The translations under genes were made by a program, and so were the position numbers. From an uncultured Hydromonas sp. (GTDB lineage: Bacteria > Pseudomonadota > Gammaproteobacteria > Burkholderiales > Burkholderiaceae), in assembly GCA_964506355.1 (NCBI GenBank), contig CAZDLD010000003.1:1-42623 (forward strand): a DNA stretch of 42,623 bases, read 5' to 3'. Below, one piece after another: positions 1 to 8,716 of this stretch. Under the pieces are notes generated by a model that saw nothing but the letters and a program-made list of their open reading frames with translations, did not search any database and was not told the DNA's origin. The first letter of the stretch is position 1. Every line of letters starts with the position of its first letter.

Positions 1-1000
1 GCATCATATCGATGTGCGCAGGTTGCGCATTCAAGCAGGGGATGTAATGATAATCGCGTCCACCTGCGGCCAAGTACACCTGCTTTAGCTCGTGCGCAAT
101 TTCTTCAAGCGTCTCCAAACAGTCTGCTGAAAACCCAGGACAAATCACGTCAACACGACCTGCGCCTGATTGCGCGAGTTGCTCCAAGGTGGCTTGGGTG
201 TAGGGTTCTATCCATTTTTGTTTGCCAAATCGCGATTGATATGCAATCAGTACCTGCTCGGTATTCAAATTCAATGCGTGCGCCAAGGCCAGATGCGTGG
301 CTTCGCAGTGGCTCTGGTACGGATCACCGCGCTTAATATTGCGTTCGGGCAGTCCGTGAAAACTCAACAGCAATTTATCCCCCGCAGCAAAATCAGGGCA
401 TCCGTGCGCCTGCCAATGCTCGTTAACCGATTGAGCCAAGGCCGAGATATAAGCAGGGTGCGCGTGGTAATCATGGATGGTGGTGAGGTTGAACAGCTGC
501 TCGTTGTTGCGCAGCTTGCGTGCCTTGTGCATTGCGTACAGGGCGTGTGCAATGGCGTCAACTGCGGTTTCTGTGGTGGTCAGTGAATACTGCGGATACA
601 GTGGCAGCACCGTGATGTCGGTCACGCCGTCCTCGGCCATCTGCTCGAGCACCGAGCGTATGGAAGGGTTTTGATAGCGCATCGCCCAATACACAGGGAT
701 GTTCTTGGGCGCCAATTGTTCGTCCAAAGCCTGCGCCTGAGCAAAAGTGATGGCCTTGAGCGGTGCGCCATTCTCGGGGGCAACGCTGTGGTTCCAAATG
801 CTTGCGTACAGTGGCGCGAGCTTGGCAGGGCGTACGCGCAGGATGATGCCGCGCAGTATCGGTTGCCACAGCAGTTTGGGCAAATCAACCACCCGTCTAT
901 CGCTCAAAAACTCCTTGAGATAGCGGGCAATCGCTGGGGCGGTGGGCGCATCGGGCGAGCCCAAGTTGATGAGCAGTACAGCGTGTTTGGATGTGTTCAT
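1..1000 (-). CDS. hemH: ferrochelatase, C-terminal end beyond the left window edge
   Basis: Absent from the ORF track because the frame has no stop inside the window. The minus-strand frame from the ATG (complement of 998-1000) reads MNTSKHAVLLINLGSPDAPTAPAIARYLKEFLSDRRVV...DITVLPLYPQYSLTTTE...DKLLLSFHGLPER...YIPCLNAQPAHIDMM. These stretches are typical of ferrochelatase. The start lies 14 nt downstream of the hrcA stop. All listed ORFs in 170-1087 are in other frames and look spurious. Confidence 0.85.
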   Translation of the reverse strand, partial: MNTSKHAVLLINLGSPDAPTAPAIARYLKEFLSDRRVVDLPKLLWQPILRGIILRVRPAKLAPLYASIWNHSVAPENGAPLKAITFAQAQALDEQLAPKNIPVYWAMRYQNPSIRSVLEQMAEDGVTDITVLPLYPQYSLTTTETAVDAIAHALYAMHKARKLRNNEQLFNLTTIHDYHAHPAYISALAQSVNEHWQAHGCPDFAAGDKLLLSFHGLPERNIKRGDPYQSHCEATHLALAHALNLNTEQVLIAYQSRFGKQKWIEPYTQATLEQLAQSGAGRVDVICPGFSADCLETLEEIAHELKQVYLAAGGRDYHYIPCLNAQPAHIDMM

Positions 1001-1014
1001 GTGTGGACTTTGTT

Positions 1015-2046
1015 CTATGCGAGGTTCTGCATCGCGCGGGAGAGGAGTTTGGCGGTGACATCGACCATGGGGATGACTTTTTCATAAGCCATGCGCGAAG
1101 GCCCGATGACACCGAGCGTGCCCACCACCTCATTGTTGACAGTGTAGGGGGCGGAAATGAGCGAGACGCCCTCGTAGGGTAAGATATCGGACTCACCACC
1201 GATGAATACCTGAATCCCACCCGCTGTGCGCGTGTGCTCGAGCAATTGCAGCAGGCGGGTTTTTTCATCAAATAAATCAAAGGTGTGGCGCAGGCGCTCC
1301 ATATTGTTCGCAAATTCAGACACATCGAGCAGATGGCGCTCGCCTTTGACAATCAGCCCATCGTCGTCGGACTGAGTGTCGGTGGTGCGCGCGACCGCCT
1401 GCTGCATGAGGTTGGTCACATCATTTTGTAGATGCGCCAGCTCGGTGGAGAGCTGAGCGCGGATGTGCTCGAATGACTTGCCTGAAAAATGGCTGTTTAG
1501 ATAGTTCGCTGCTTGCACCAGTTGGTTGGGCGTGTAGCTGTGCGCCAATTGAAGCAAACGATTTTGCACATCACCCTCGGGCGTGACCATCACCACCAAT
1601 ATTCGCGCAGGCGAGAGTTGTAGAAAATCAATGTGACCGAAAATTTGCGAGCGTTTCGGCGTGGCGATGATGCCGGCGAATTGTGAGAGCTGAGATAGGG
1701 TGTGTGCCGCTTGATTGGCCATGCGCGTGGGCGTGTCGGCGGCGATGCTTGACCACTCATGCTCGGCCTGCTGCGCGGTGCCGTGGGTCTCGAACGGCTG
1801 TGCAGTCATCATGGTGTCAACGAAAAAGCGATAACCCGCAGGCGTGGGCACGCGCCCAGCCGAGGTGTGCGGACTGACGATGAGACCCAAATGCTCCAGC
1901 TCGGCCATCACATTGCGTACGGTTGCAGAAGAAATGGACAAGCCAGAATGCGCCATCAACGCCTGCGAGCCCACGGGGGTGCCCTGAGCAATGTATTGGT
2001 GAACCAATGTGGTCAAAAGGGTGCTGGCGCGTTCGTCTAAGCTCAT
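1015..2046 (-). CDS. hrcA: heat-inducible transcriptional repressor HrcA
   Basis: 343 aa with an ATG start. The N-terminal winged-helix segment (LLTTLVHQYIAQGTPVGSQAL...SSATVRNVMAELEHLGLI.SPHTSAGRVPT..GYRFFVD) is a classic HrcA signature. Confidence 0.95.
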   Translation of the reverse strand: MSLDERASTLLTTLVHQYIAQGTPVGSQALMAHSGLSISSATVRNVMAELEHLGLIVSPHTSAGRVPTPAGYRFFVDTMMTAQPFETHGTAQQAEHEWSSIAADTPTRMANQAAHTLSQLSQFAGIIATPKRSQIFGHIDFLQLSPARILVVMVTPEGDVQNRLLQLAHSYTPNQLVQAANYLNSHFSGKSFEHIRAQLSTELAHLQNDVTNLMQQAVARTTDTQSDDDGLIVKGERHLLDVSEFANNMERLRHTFDLFDEKTRLLQLLEHTRTAGGIQVFIGGESDILPYEGVSLISAPYTVNNEVVGTLGVIGPSRMAYEKVIPMVDVTAKLLSRAMQNLA

Positions 2047-2083
2047 GGCGGGTCACTGGTTCAGCAAAAAGGTTAAGCGAAAA

Positions 2084-2112
2084 TTAGGTCACTCGGAGAC
2101 AGCGAGTGCATG
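2084..2112. promoter_or_regulatory. degenerate CIRCE-like inverted repeat upstream of hrcA
   Basis: TTAGGTCACTC-GGAGACAGC-GAGTGCATG, compared with the CIRCE consensus TTAGCACTC-N9-GAGTGCTAA. The CACTC-N9-GAGTG core is perfect and the outer arms are imperfect. It lies 38-66 bp upstream of the hrcA ATG. Confidence 0.3.
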
Positions 2113-2247
2113 TTGTTGCGGTGCTATTGTAACCCAACTGCCAGTCCATTCGAGTATCGGATGGCAGATGAGTGTGGCGAAGCGTTCCCTGTGCAACAAA
2201 CTGCCCCAGCAGTAGCGCAATCGACAGTGATGATTTACAATGCGGGC

Positions 2248-3162
2248 ATGAATACGCCCAAAGCCCCCAAACAAAATATCGCTGATGTGCGCACCGTTGC
2301 CATTGTCGGCCGCGCCCTGCCCGACAGCTCGCCCGAGGCCTTGTTGCGGGTGATCCGAGCGGTGACAGATTTGGGCAAAGCGGTGATTATTGAAGAAGCC
2401 ACCCACCAATTTTTCAAGCTCGATGCCTACGCCAGCGCCAGTATCAAGGACATTGGCCAAGCGGCGGATGTGATGATTTCGGTCGGTGGCGATGGCACAA
2501 TGTTGGGCAATGCCCGTCAGGTTGCGCCTTATGGGCTACCGATTATTGGGGTCAATCAAGGTCATTTGGGCTTTATCACCGACATCGCTTTGGCTGATGT
2601 GGAGAGCTCGCTGCGTGAAATTTTGCACGAAAAGCAGTTCACGATTGAGACCCGTGATTTATTCATCGCTCAAGTCATCCGCGACAACGAAGTGGTGTTT
2701 GAAGGGTTGGCGCTCAATGATGTGGTGGTTGCGCGTCGCAGCGTGGAGGGGATGTTGGACTTGAACGTTGAGGTCAATGGGCAGTTTATGTACCGTCAGC
2801 GCGCCGATTCATTGATTATCGCCACCACCACAGGCTCGACTGCTTACTCGCTTGCGGCGGGGGGGCCGATACTACATCCATTGCTGGCAGGGATTACCTT
2901 GGTGCCTGTGGCGCCGCAGTCCTTGTCCAATCGCCCGATTGTGCTGCCCAATACCTGCACCATCGAAATTGAAATCGCAGGCAAACGCGAAGCCGCCGTG
3001 CACTGCGACTCGCAGGTGTTCTCGTACGCACGACAGGGCGACCAGGTGCGTATCGCATTGGCGCCGTCGCCCTCGATATTCTGGCATCCGATGTCGTACA
3101 ATTATTTCGCTACGCTGCGCCAGAAACTCAATTGGCAGCTCAACCCATCCCGCCCGCTTTAA
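2248..3162 (+). CDS. nadK: NAD kinase
   Basis: The track ORF 2110-3162 is trimmed to the internal ATG at 2248 (MNTPKAPK...). It has the GGDGT motif (VGGDGTMLG) and NAD-kinase C-terminal stretches (TGSTAYSLAAGGPI). Confidence 0.88.
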   Translation: MNTPKAPKQNIADVRTVAIVGRALPDSSPEALLRVIRAVTDLGKAVIIEEATHQFFKLDAYASASIKDIGQAADVMISVGGDGTMLGNARQVAPYGLPIIGVNQGHLGFITDIALADVESSLREILHEKQFTIETRDLFIAQVIRDNEVVFEGLALNDVVVARRSVEGMLDLNVEVNGQFMYRQRADSLIIATTTGSTAYSLAAGGPILHPLLAGITLVPVAPQSLSNRPIVLPNTCTIEIEIAGKREAAVHCDSQVFSYARQGDQVRIALAPSPSIFWHPMSYNYFATLRQKLNWQLNPSRPL

Positions 3163-3207
3163 TTTAATCAGCCATTCGATGACCACGCCCACCCCACTGA
3201 GCCGACC

Positions 3208-4854
3208 ATGCTAAACCGCCTGTCCCTGAAAAATTTTGTGATTGTCAAAGCCCTTGATTTAGACATCGAGTCGGGCTTCACCGTGCTCACGGGCGAGACG
3301 GGCGCGGGTAAATCGATTTTGCTCGACGCCATCGGTCTGTTGCTCGGTGAGCGCTCGGACACCAGCTTGGTGGGGCAATACGCTGACAAGGCCGACATTT
3401 CGGGCGAGTTCTCATTGCCTGCGGATGTGCAGTCGTGGTTGGTGGCGCAAGATTTATTCAACGACGAAGACGTGGTTCTGATTCGCCGCAGCATTGACAA
3501 ACAGGGCAAGAGCCGCGCCTTTGTCAACGGTATTGCCGTGACGCTGACGCAGTTGCGCGAGTTGGCCGACCAGCTGGTGCACATACACGGCCAACACGCC
3601 CATCAACTGCTGCTCAAGCCCGCGCTGCAACGCGAATTGCTGGACAATCACGCGCAACTGCACGGCCTGCGCGACGCCACACGCAACACCCATCAGGCGT
3701 GGCACACGGCGCAAGAGCTGCGCAGCAAGGCCGAGCGCGACATGGCGCACATCGGCGAGCGCATGGACGCGCTGCAATGGCAGTTGGAAGGATTGAACCT
3801 GCTCGCGCCGCAGCCCGATGAGTGGCAGCAGATGTCGAGCGAGCACGCACGCCTCGCACACGCGACCACCTTGCTGCAAGGCGCGGCTCAAGCCGCCGAC
3901 GCGCTGACCCAAAATGACGAAGCCATTGCCGACAGCTTGCGTGCTCAAATTACCCAGCTCTCAAATTTAGCGCGACTGGACGAGCGGCTCAACGAGGCGG
4001 TCGAGATGCTTGAATCATCGCTCATCAATATTCAGGAAGCAGGGCACATGCTCAATGGCTACGCCTCTCGCGCCGATTTGGACGAAGGGCGCTGGGCCGA
4101 AATTGACCAGCGCGTCAGCTCGTGGCACGAACAAGCGCGTAAATTGCGTGTTGAGCCAGAAGCCCTGCACGAGTATTGGCAAAACGCACAAGAAGAACTC
4201 GACCAATTGCAACAAGGTATGGACATCGACGCGCTTAAAGCCAAAGAAGCACAAGCGTGGACAGCCTTTACCGATGCGGCGCAGGCATTGAGCAAAGCGC
4301 GCAAAACAGCGGCGAAAAAACTGGCCATCGAGGTCACCGCCAGCATGCAAACGCTGAATATGACGGGCGGGCAGTTTGACATCAGTATCAGCGAAGCCGC
4401 ACCCTCACAGTTCGGCATCGACGCACTCGAATTCAAAGTCGCGGGGCACGCAGGCGTGGCCTTGCAAGCCCTGCATAAAGTCGCCTCGGGTGGTGAGCTG
4501 GCGCGCATCAGCTTGGCCTTGTCGGTGATTACCAGCGCGGCCAACCCAGTCCCCACCTTGATTTTTGACGAAGTGGACTCGGGCATCGGCGGCGCGGTCG
4601 CCGAAGTGGTGGGCAAGTTGCTCGCCACCATCGGTCTGAGCCGTCAAGTGCTGTGCGTTACCCATCTGCCGCAGGTCGCCGCGCAGGGCGTACACCAATG
4701 GCGCGTGAGCAAATCAACGGTCGACGGCGCCACCTACTCGACCATCGACGTGCTCGACTCTGCGCAGCGCGTGGACGAAATCGCCCGTATGCTCGGCGGC
4801 GTGACGATTACTGAGGCCACGCGCGAGCACGCCATGGAAATGTTGGGCGTGTGA
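3208..4854 (+). CDS. recN: DNA repair protein RecN
   Basis: 548 aa. The N-terminal SMC-type Walker A is present (LTGETGAGKSILLDAIGLLLG), followed by a long coiled-coil middle. The C-terminal signature and Walker B are ASGGELARISLAL...LIFDEVDSGIGG. Confidence 0.95.
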   Translation: MLNRLSLKNFVIVKALDLDIESGFTVLTGETGAGKSILLDAIGLLLGERSDTSLVGQYADKADISGEFSLPADVQSWLVAQDLFNDEDVVLIRRSIDKQGKSRAFVNGIAVTLTQLRELADQLVHIHGQHAHQLLLKPALQRELLDNHAQLHGLRDATRNTHQAWHTAQELRSKAERDMAHIGERMDALQWQLEGLNLLAPQPDEWQQMSSEHARLAHATTLLQGAAQAADALTQNDEAIADSLRAQITQLSNLARLDERLNEAVEMLESSLINIQEAGHMLNGYASRADLDEGRWAEIDQRVSSWHEQARKLRVEPEALHEYWQNAQEELDQLQQGMDIDALKAKEAQAWTAFTDAAQALSKARKTAAKKLAIEVTASMQTLNMTGGQFDISISEAAPSQFGIDALEFKVAGHAGVALQALHKVASGGELARISLALSVITSAANPVPTLIFDEVDSGIGGAVAEVVGKLLATIGLSRQVLCVTHLPQVAAQGVHQWRVSKSTVDGATYSTIDVLDSAQRVDEIARMLGGVTITEATREHAMEMLGV

Positions 4855-4892
4855 CAGAAAACCACGGATTTGTTGCAAGCTATTGATTTTGA

Positions 4893-4921
4893 TTGATTTT
4901 GCGTGCGAATTTGATTATAAT
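4893..4921 (+). promoter_or_regulatory. sigma-70-type promoter for rplU-rpmA
   Basis: TTGATT (4893-4898), then 17 nt, then TATAAT (4916-4921). It is preceded by T-rich 'tattgatttt gattgatttt' and lies 54 nt upstream of the rplU ATG. Confidence 0.45.
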
Positions 4922-4974
4922 TTCGCTTCTTTGCGTAATGGTGCGCAGAGAGATTAATTTTTTAAGGATTTAAA

Positions 4975-5286
4975 ATGTACGCAGTCATAAAAACTGGTGG
5001 CAAACAGTATCGTGTTGTCGCTGGTCAAAAATTGAAAATAGAACAGATCGCTGCTGACATTGGACAACAAATTACCTTAGATGAAGTTTTGGCCGTTGGT
5101 TCTGGCGAGAGCTTGGTTGTGGGTACACCGTTGGTGTCTGGTGCGTCTGTCGTTGTAAAAGTATTGTCTCAAGGTCGTCACGATAAAGTGCGCATTTTCA
5201 AAATGCGCCGTCGTAAACATTACCAAAAACGTCAAGGCCATCGCCAAAATTACACTGAAGTGTTGATTGAAACGGTGAATGCTTAA
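4975..5286 (+). CDS. rplU: 50S ribosomal protein L21
   Basis: 103 aa, [14 protein letters not shown]...; canonical L21. Confidence 0.97.
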   Translation: MYAVIKTGGKQYRVVAGQKLKIEQIAADIGQQITLDEVLAVGSGESLVVGTPLVSGASVVVKVLSQGRHDKVRIFKMRRRKHYQKRQGHRQNYTEVLIETVNA

Positions 5287-5361
5287 TTTTAAAAATTGAG
5301 CACTTGTTAAAATGATTGCCAGTGTATTTAAATACGCTGGGATTAAAAGAAGGATGTCATC

Positions 5362-5616
5362 ATGGCACATAAAAAAGGCGGCGGCTCTACGCGAAATGGT
5401 CGCGAATCGGAATCGAAACGATTGGGCGTGAAAATGTACGGCGGCGAGCACATCGTTCCGGGCAACATCATCATCCGTCAACGCGGTACTGAGTTCCACC
5501 CAGGCGAAGGCGTTGGCATGGGTAAAGACCACACTTTGTTCGCAAAAGTTGAAGGTAAAGTACAGTTCTCAGTAAAAGGCGCTCAAAAACGCCGCACCGT
5601 TAGCATCGTATCTTAA
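5362..5616 (+). CDS. rpmA: 50S ribosomal protein L27
   Basis: 84 aa, [24 protein letters not shown]...; canonical L27. Confidence 0.97.
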   Translation: MAHKKGGGSTRNGRESESKRLGVKMYGGEHIVPGNIIIRQRGTEFHPGEGVGMGKDHTLFAKVEGKVQFSVKGAQKRRTVSIVS

Positions 5617-5624
5617 TGCTGAAG

Positions 5625-5657
5625 TTGCATTGAATTTGCACTGAATTTGTACTGAAT
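5625..5657. repeat. 3 x 11-bp tandem repeat TTG[CT]A[CT]TGAAT
   Basis: The units are ttgcattgaat / ttgcactgaat / ttgtactgaat. They sit directly after the rpmA stop and before the terminator hairpin. Confidence 0.85.
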
Positions 5658-5669
5658 GATGTATCTAAA

Positions 5670-5697
5670 AACGCCGCAAGTGATTGCGGCGTTTTAT
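5670..5697. terminator. bidirectional rho-independent terminator (rpmA on +, ABC operon on -)
   Basis: The stem is aacgccgcaa / ttgcggcgtt with loop gtga. It is flanked by an A-run on the left and a T-run on the right. Confidence 0.7.
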
Positions 5698-5766
5698 ATT
5701 GTTCGGGCTCAGTGACAGCGATGGGCAGATTTAAGGGCGCCCGTGTCATAGCCGACCGACTTTGAG

Positions 5767-6807
5767 CTAGGCTGCTGAACCAGCAAATGCCATCACATGT
5801 TCCAAATCCAAACGCACCCCAATCATCTCACCGACGGCGTGGTCGTGATGAGAAGGGACAGATGCAAAAACCGTTTGCCCATCGCTTAAACGCAAGTGAT
5901 AAATAAAGTTCGCGCCTAAGAATTGTTTGCTCAGAATCTGCGCTTTGATGGGCGCATCATCATCGTGCACCACATCATCAGGGCGTATCAAAACCGCCAC
6001 CGTGCCAGATACCTGCGCACGCGGGCTGAAAAATCTACCCAAATCGGCCACCGATACCGTATGCGCATCGAGCATCTCTCCCAGCAAGAATACCGACTGG
6101 CCAATCATTTGCGCCGCCTGAGGTGAGGAGGGTCTGTGGTACAAAGCATAGGGCGTGTCCCAAGCCAAAATCTGCCCAGATTGCATCAGAGCAATTTTAT
6201 CGGCCAACACAAATGCTTCATCCTGATCATGCGTGACCCACAGCGCAGTCGTCCCTTGCTCGCGAATCATATCCCGCACTTCTTGCGTCAATCTTGAGCG
6301 CAACGCTGTATCCAAACTGGACATCGGCTCATCCAATAGCAACATAGCAGGGCGAGGGGCAAGCGCGCGTGCCAAAGCCACTCGCTGCTGTTGCCCACCC
6401 GATAGACTGCTTGGATAAGCTTGAGCATAGTCACTCAGATGGGTGCGCTCAAGCAGTTCAGCCACCCTGTGTGCTTGTTCTGCGCGAGGTAAATGCGAGA
6501 GGCCAAAAGCAATATTTTGAGACACGGTTAGATGCGGAAACAGTGCGTAATCTTGAAACACCATGCCCACGTGTCGCTGATGCGCGGGCAGATGATGATT
6601 CATGCTGGCGATACACGCGCCATTGAGCGTGATGCTGCCCTGATGGATTTGATTAAATCCAGCGATGCAGCGCAATACGGACGACTTGCCACAGCCTGAC
6701 GCACCTAAAATACACGCGATTTCACCCTGTGCCAATGACAGATTCAGTCCGCGCAACACGGGCTGATGGTCATAAGAAAAATGGACTTCGTTTAGCTCCA
6801 AATACAT
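5767..6807 (-). CDS. ABC transporter ATP-binding protein, Fe(3+)/polyamine-importer type (FbpC-like)
   Basis: The track ORF is trimmed to the ATG at 6805-6807 (MYLELNEVHFSY...), 1 nt from the permease stop. It has Walker A (GASGCGKSS), the signature LSGGQQQRVALARAL, Walker B (LLLDEP) and a C-terminal TOBE-like tail. Confidence 0.9.
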   Translation of the reverse strand: MYLELNEVHFSYDHQPVLRGLNLSLAQGEIACILGASGCGKSSVLRCIAGFNQIHQGSITLNGACIASMNHHLPAHQRHVGMVFQDYALFPHLTVSQNIAFGLSHLPRAEQAHRVAELLERTHLSDYAQAYPSSLSGGQQQRVALARALAPRPAMLLLDEPMSSLDTALRSRLTQEVRDMIREQGTTALWVTHDQDEAFVLADKIALMQSGQILAWDTPYALYHRPSSPQAAQMIGQSVFLLGEMLDAHTVSVADLGRFFSPRAQVSGTVAVLIRPDDVVHDDDAPIKAQILSKQFLGANFIYHLRLSDGQTVFASVPSHHDHAVGEMIGVRLDLEHVMAFAGSAA

Positions 6808-6808
6808 T

Positions 6809-8428
6809 TTAACTCCTGCGTGCAATAAGTAATACAGGCAAAATCCCCAAAACCACCAAAGCCAAAGCAGGCATGGCGGCGCCTTGCCAGTCGCCTTCAC
6901 TGACCAGCCCAAATATTCGTGTAGCCAAGGTGTTGATATCGTAGGGGCGAGCCATCAAAGTCATGGGCATTTCTTTGAGCACATCGACAAACACCATCAA
7001 AAATCCAGTCCACACACCCGATGAAAGCAAGGGCAAATGGATGCGTCGCCACAGATTCCAACCTGTGCTGCCCAAGCTGCGTGCAACTTCTTCGTGGTGC
7101 GCGCCCATGCCCTGCATCGCGCCATCAACGGCAAAAAACCCCACTGCTAAAAATCGCGCCATATACGCGAGCATCAGTCCTAGTAAGGAGCCTTTGAACC
7201 ATGTCTGACCACTGCCCAACCAACCCAAATCGATGAGCCAGCCATCCAAAGCCACCAAAGGCGCAAAAAATGCCACAGCCAATATGGAGCCCGGTACGGC
7301 ATAACCCAAGGTCACCGCCTTGACCCAAACACGCACACCACGCCAGTGACTGTAGCGCTGAGCATAGCTGAGCAGCCACGCCAGAAGCAATACGCAACAA
7401 GCCGCCACAGCCGCCACCTGCAGAGACTGCCACAGCACAGGCGCAGTGCGTAGCCACTGCGTGCTAAAGTCATCTGCGAGCCAACTGAGCAGCTGCGCCA
7501 CAGGCAAAGCACATGCAATCAACAGTATGCCCCATGCATAAAGATTCGCAAGCAAAGCGCGCCAACCGCGCAACGGATGTCGGACTAAGCGGGGGCTTTT
7601 GCTGAGCGCCTGATAGCTGCGCTGCCCGCGTGCGCGCAACTCAGACCACACCAAGAAAAAAACCACAACAATCAATAAACTGGCCAATTGTTGAGCGGTC
7701 TGAAAAGAGAATAACGAAAACCACGCCTTGTATATCGCCGTTGTGAAGGTGTCAAAATTCAACACCGAAACCGTGCCAAAGTCAGCCACCGTTTCCATCA
7801 ATGCCAAGCTTAATCCGCCGAACCACCAAGGACGAGTACTCGGCAACACCACACGCCAAAATGATTGCCACGGCGTAAGCCCCAACGACTGCCCGATTTC
7901 TAATCCGCGCTGACCAAGCTGTGCAAAGCCCTCCTTGGCCAGCAGATAAACATAGGGATAAAATGCCAAACTGAGCACCAAAACCACGCCCCAGCGTGAG
8001 CGCAGATTCAGCCATTGGCTCACATCCCCAAAGATAGGACGCAAAAATGACTGCGCAGGTCCCGAGTAATCGAACCAGCCAAGCAAAGTAAACGCCAGTA
8101 CATAAGCGGGCAAGGCCATAGGCAACATCAACGCCCACTGCAATACAGACCGAGTAGGGAACTCATAGTGCGACACCAGCCCCGCCAAAGACAGCCCCAA
8201 CAACAACACGCCAAAGCCAACGCCCACAAGCAAGGTCAAGGTGTTGAGCAAAAGGGTGGGCAGCTGATAACGCCACAGATGAGACCAAATCGCAGTGTCG
8301 ATATCCGAGAAACTAAATAAGCTCAACAGAGGAATCAGCGTGAGCAATCCAGCAAACAACAAAATCACGACCCATAACCATGAGTAGCGATTGGCAGTGA
8401 ACAACACTTTAAGTTGAGAAATACGCAT
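6809..8428 (-). CDS. iron(III) ABC transporter permease, fused two-domain (FbpB-like)
   Basis: 539 aa and highly hydrophobic, with duplicated binding-protein-dependent permease halves. The SD AAGGAAG lies before the ATG. Confidence 0.88.
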   Translation of the reverse strand: MRISQLKVLFTANRYSWLWVVILLFAGLLTLIPLLSLFSFSDIDTAIWSHLWRYQLPTLLLNTLTLLVGVGFGVLLLGLSLAGLVSHYEFPTRSVLQWALMLPMALPAYVLAFTLLGWFDYSGPAQSFLRPIFGDVSQWLNLRSRWGVVLVLSLAFYPYVYLLAKEGFAQLGQRGLEIGQSLGLTPWQSFWRVVLPSTRPWWFGGLSLALMETVADFGTVSVLNFDTFTTAIYKAWFSLFSFQTAQQLASLLIVVVFFLVWSELRARGQRSYQALSKSPRLVRHPLRGWRALLANLYAWGILLIACALPVAQLLSWLADDFSTQWLRTAPVLWQSLQVAAVAACCVLLLAWLLSYAQRYSHWRGVRVWVKAVTLGYAVPGSILAVAFFAPLVALDGWLIDLGWLGSGQTWFKGSLLGLMLAYMARFLAVGFFAVDGAMQGMGAHHEEVARSLGSTGWNLWRRIHLPLLSSGVWTGFLMVFVDVLKEMPMTLMARPYDINTLATRIFGLVSEGDWQGAAMPALALVVLGILPVLLIARRS

Positions 8429-8490
8429 CTAACTTCCTTGCAGGTGAGCATTCATATTAGAAACGAAGCGGATGGATCAAGTAACTAAGA

Positions 8491-8560
8491 CTTAAAAAAA
8501 CATAAACACACTTAAACAGACTCAAACACACTTAAACACGCTTAAATATCCATAAAAACA
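8491..8560. repeat. 7 tandem degenerate decamers (consensus CTTAAACACA), A-tracts phased at 10 bp
   Basis: The units are cttaaaaaaa / cataaacaca / cttaaacaga / ctcaaacaca / cttaaacacg / cttaaatatc / cataaaaaca. The array lies 63-132 bp upstream of the permease ATG, inside the 288-bp gap between the binding-protein and permease genes. Confidence 0.85.
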
Positions 8561-8631
8561 TTTCATATTGAGCCAAATACAATCAAATTTCAGCGATTGA
8601 CTAAATTCAATAATCACAAAGCAAACTGCCT

Positions 8632-8662
8632 AAAAACCACCATCGGTTAAGAAAGTGGTTTT
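8632..8662 (-). terminator. weak hairpin, possible intra-operon attenuator after the binding-protein gene
   Basis: The stem is aaaaccac / gtggtttt (8 bp) with a 14-nt loop and a short T-run on the minus strand. Confidence 0.3.
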
Positions 8663-8685
8663 GTGGCATAGGCGCTGCGCTTGGC

Positions 8686-8713
8686 GCGCTAACGATTGAC
8701 GCGCTAACGATTG
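8686..8713. repeat. 13-bp exact direct repeat GCGCTAACGATTG x2 (period 15)
   Basis: Read directly from the sequence. It sits immediately downstream of the binding-protein stop codon (8717-8719). Confidence 0.85.
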
Positions 8714-8716
8714 GCG

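Noticed and set aside
170-1087. Track ORFs at the left end (170-586 +, 364-561 -, 558-869 -, 622-888 -, 671-1087 +).
   Set aside because: All overlap the unlisted but clearly ferrochelatase-encoding minus-strand frame that runs off the window edge.
2110-2247. N-terminal extensions proposed by the ORF track. These are nadK 2110, the ABC ATPase to 6912, the binding protein to 9823, obg 10060, proB 11117, tadA 13279, DUF779 to 15000, ALDH to 16663, grx-like to 18475, sodB to 20710, the desaturase at 36291, rlmB 37571 and lon 39544.
   Set aside because: The extensions overlap upstream genes or intergenic repeats, and several begin at TTG or GTG. Internal ATGs with SD motifs give N-termini that match the families.
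8491-8560. The decamer array, and other short tandem repeats, considered as a possible CRISPR array.
   Set aside because: The units are contiguous 10-bp degenerate repeats with no spacers, and no cas genes are present. This is not CRISPR architecture.
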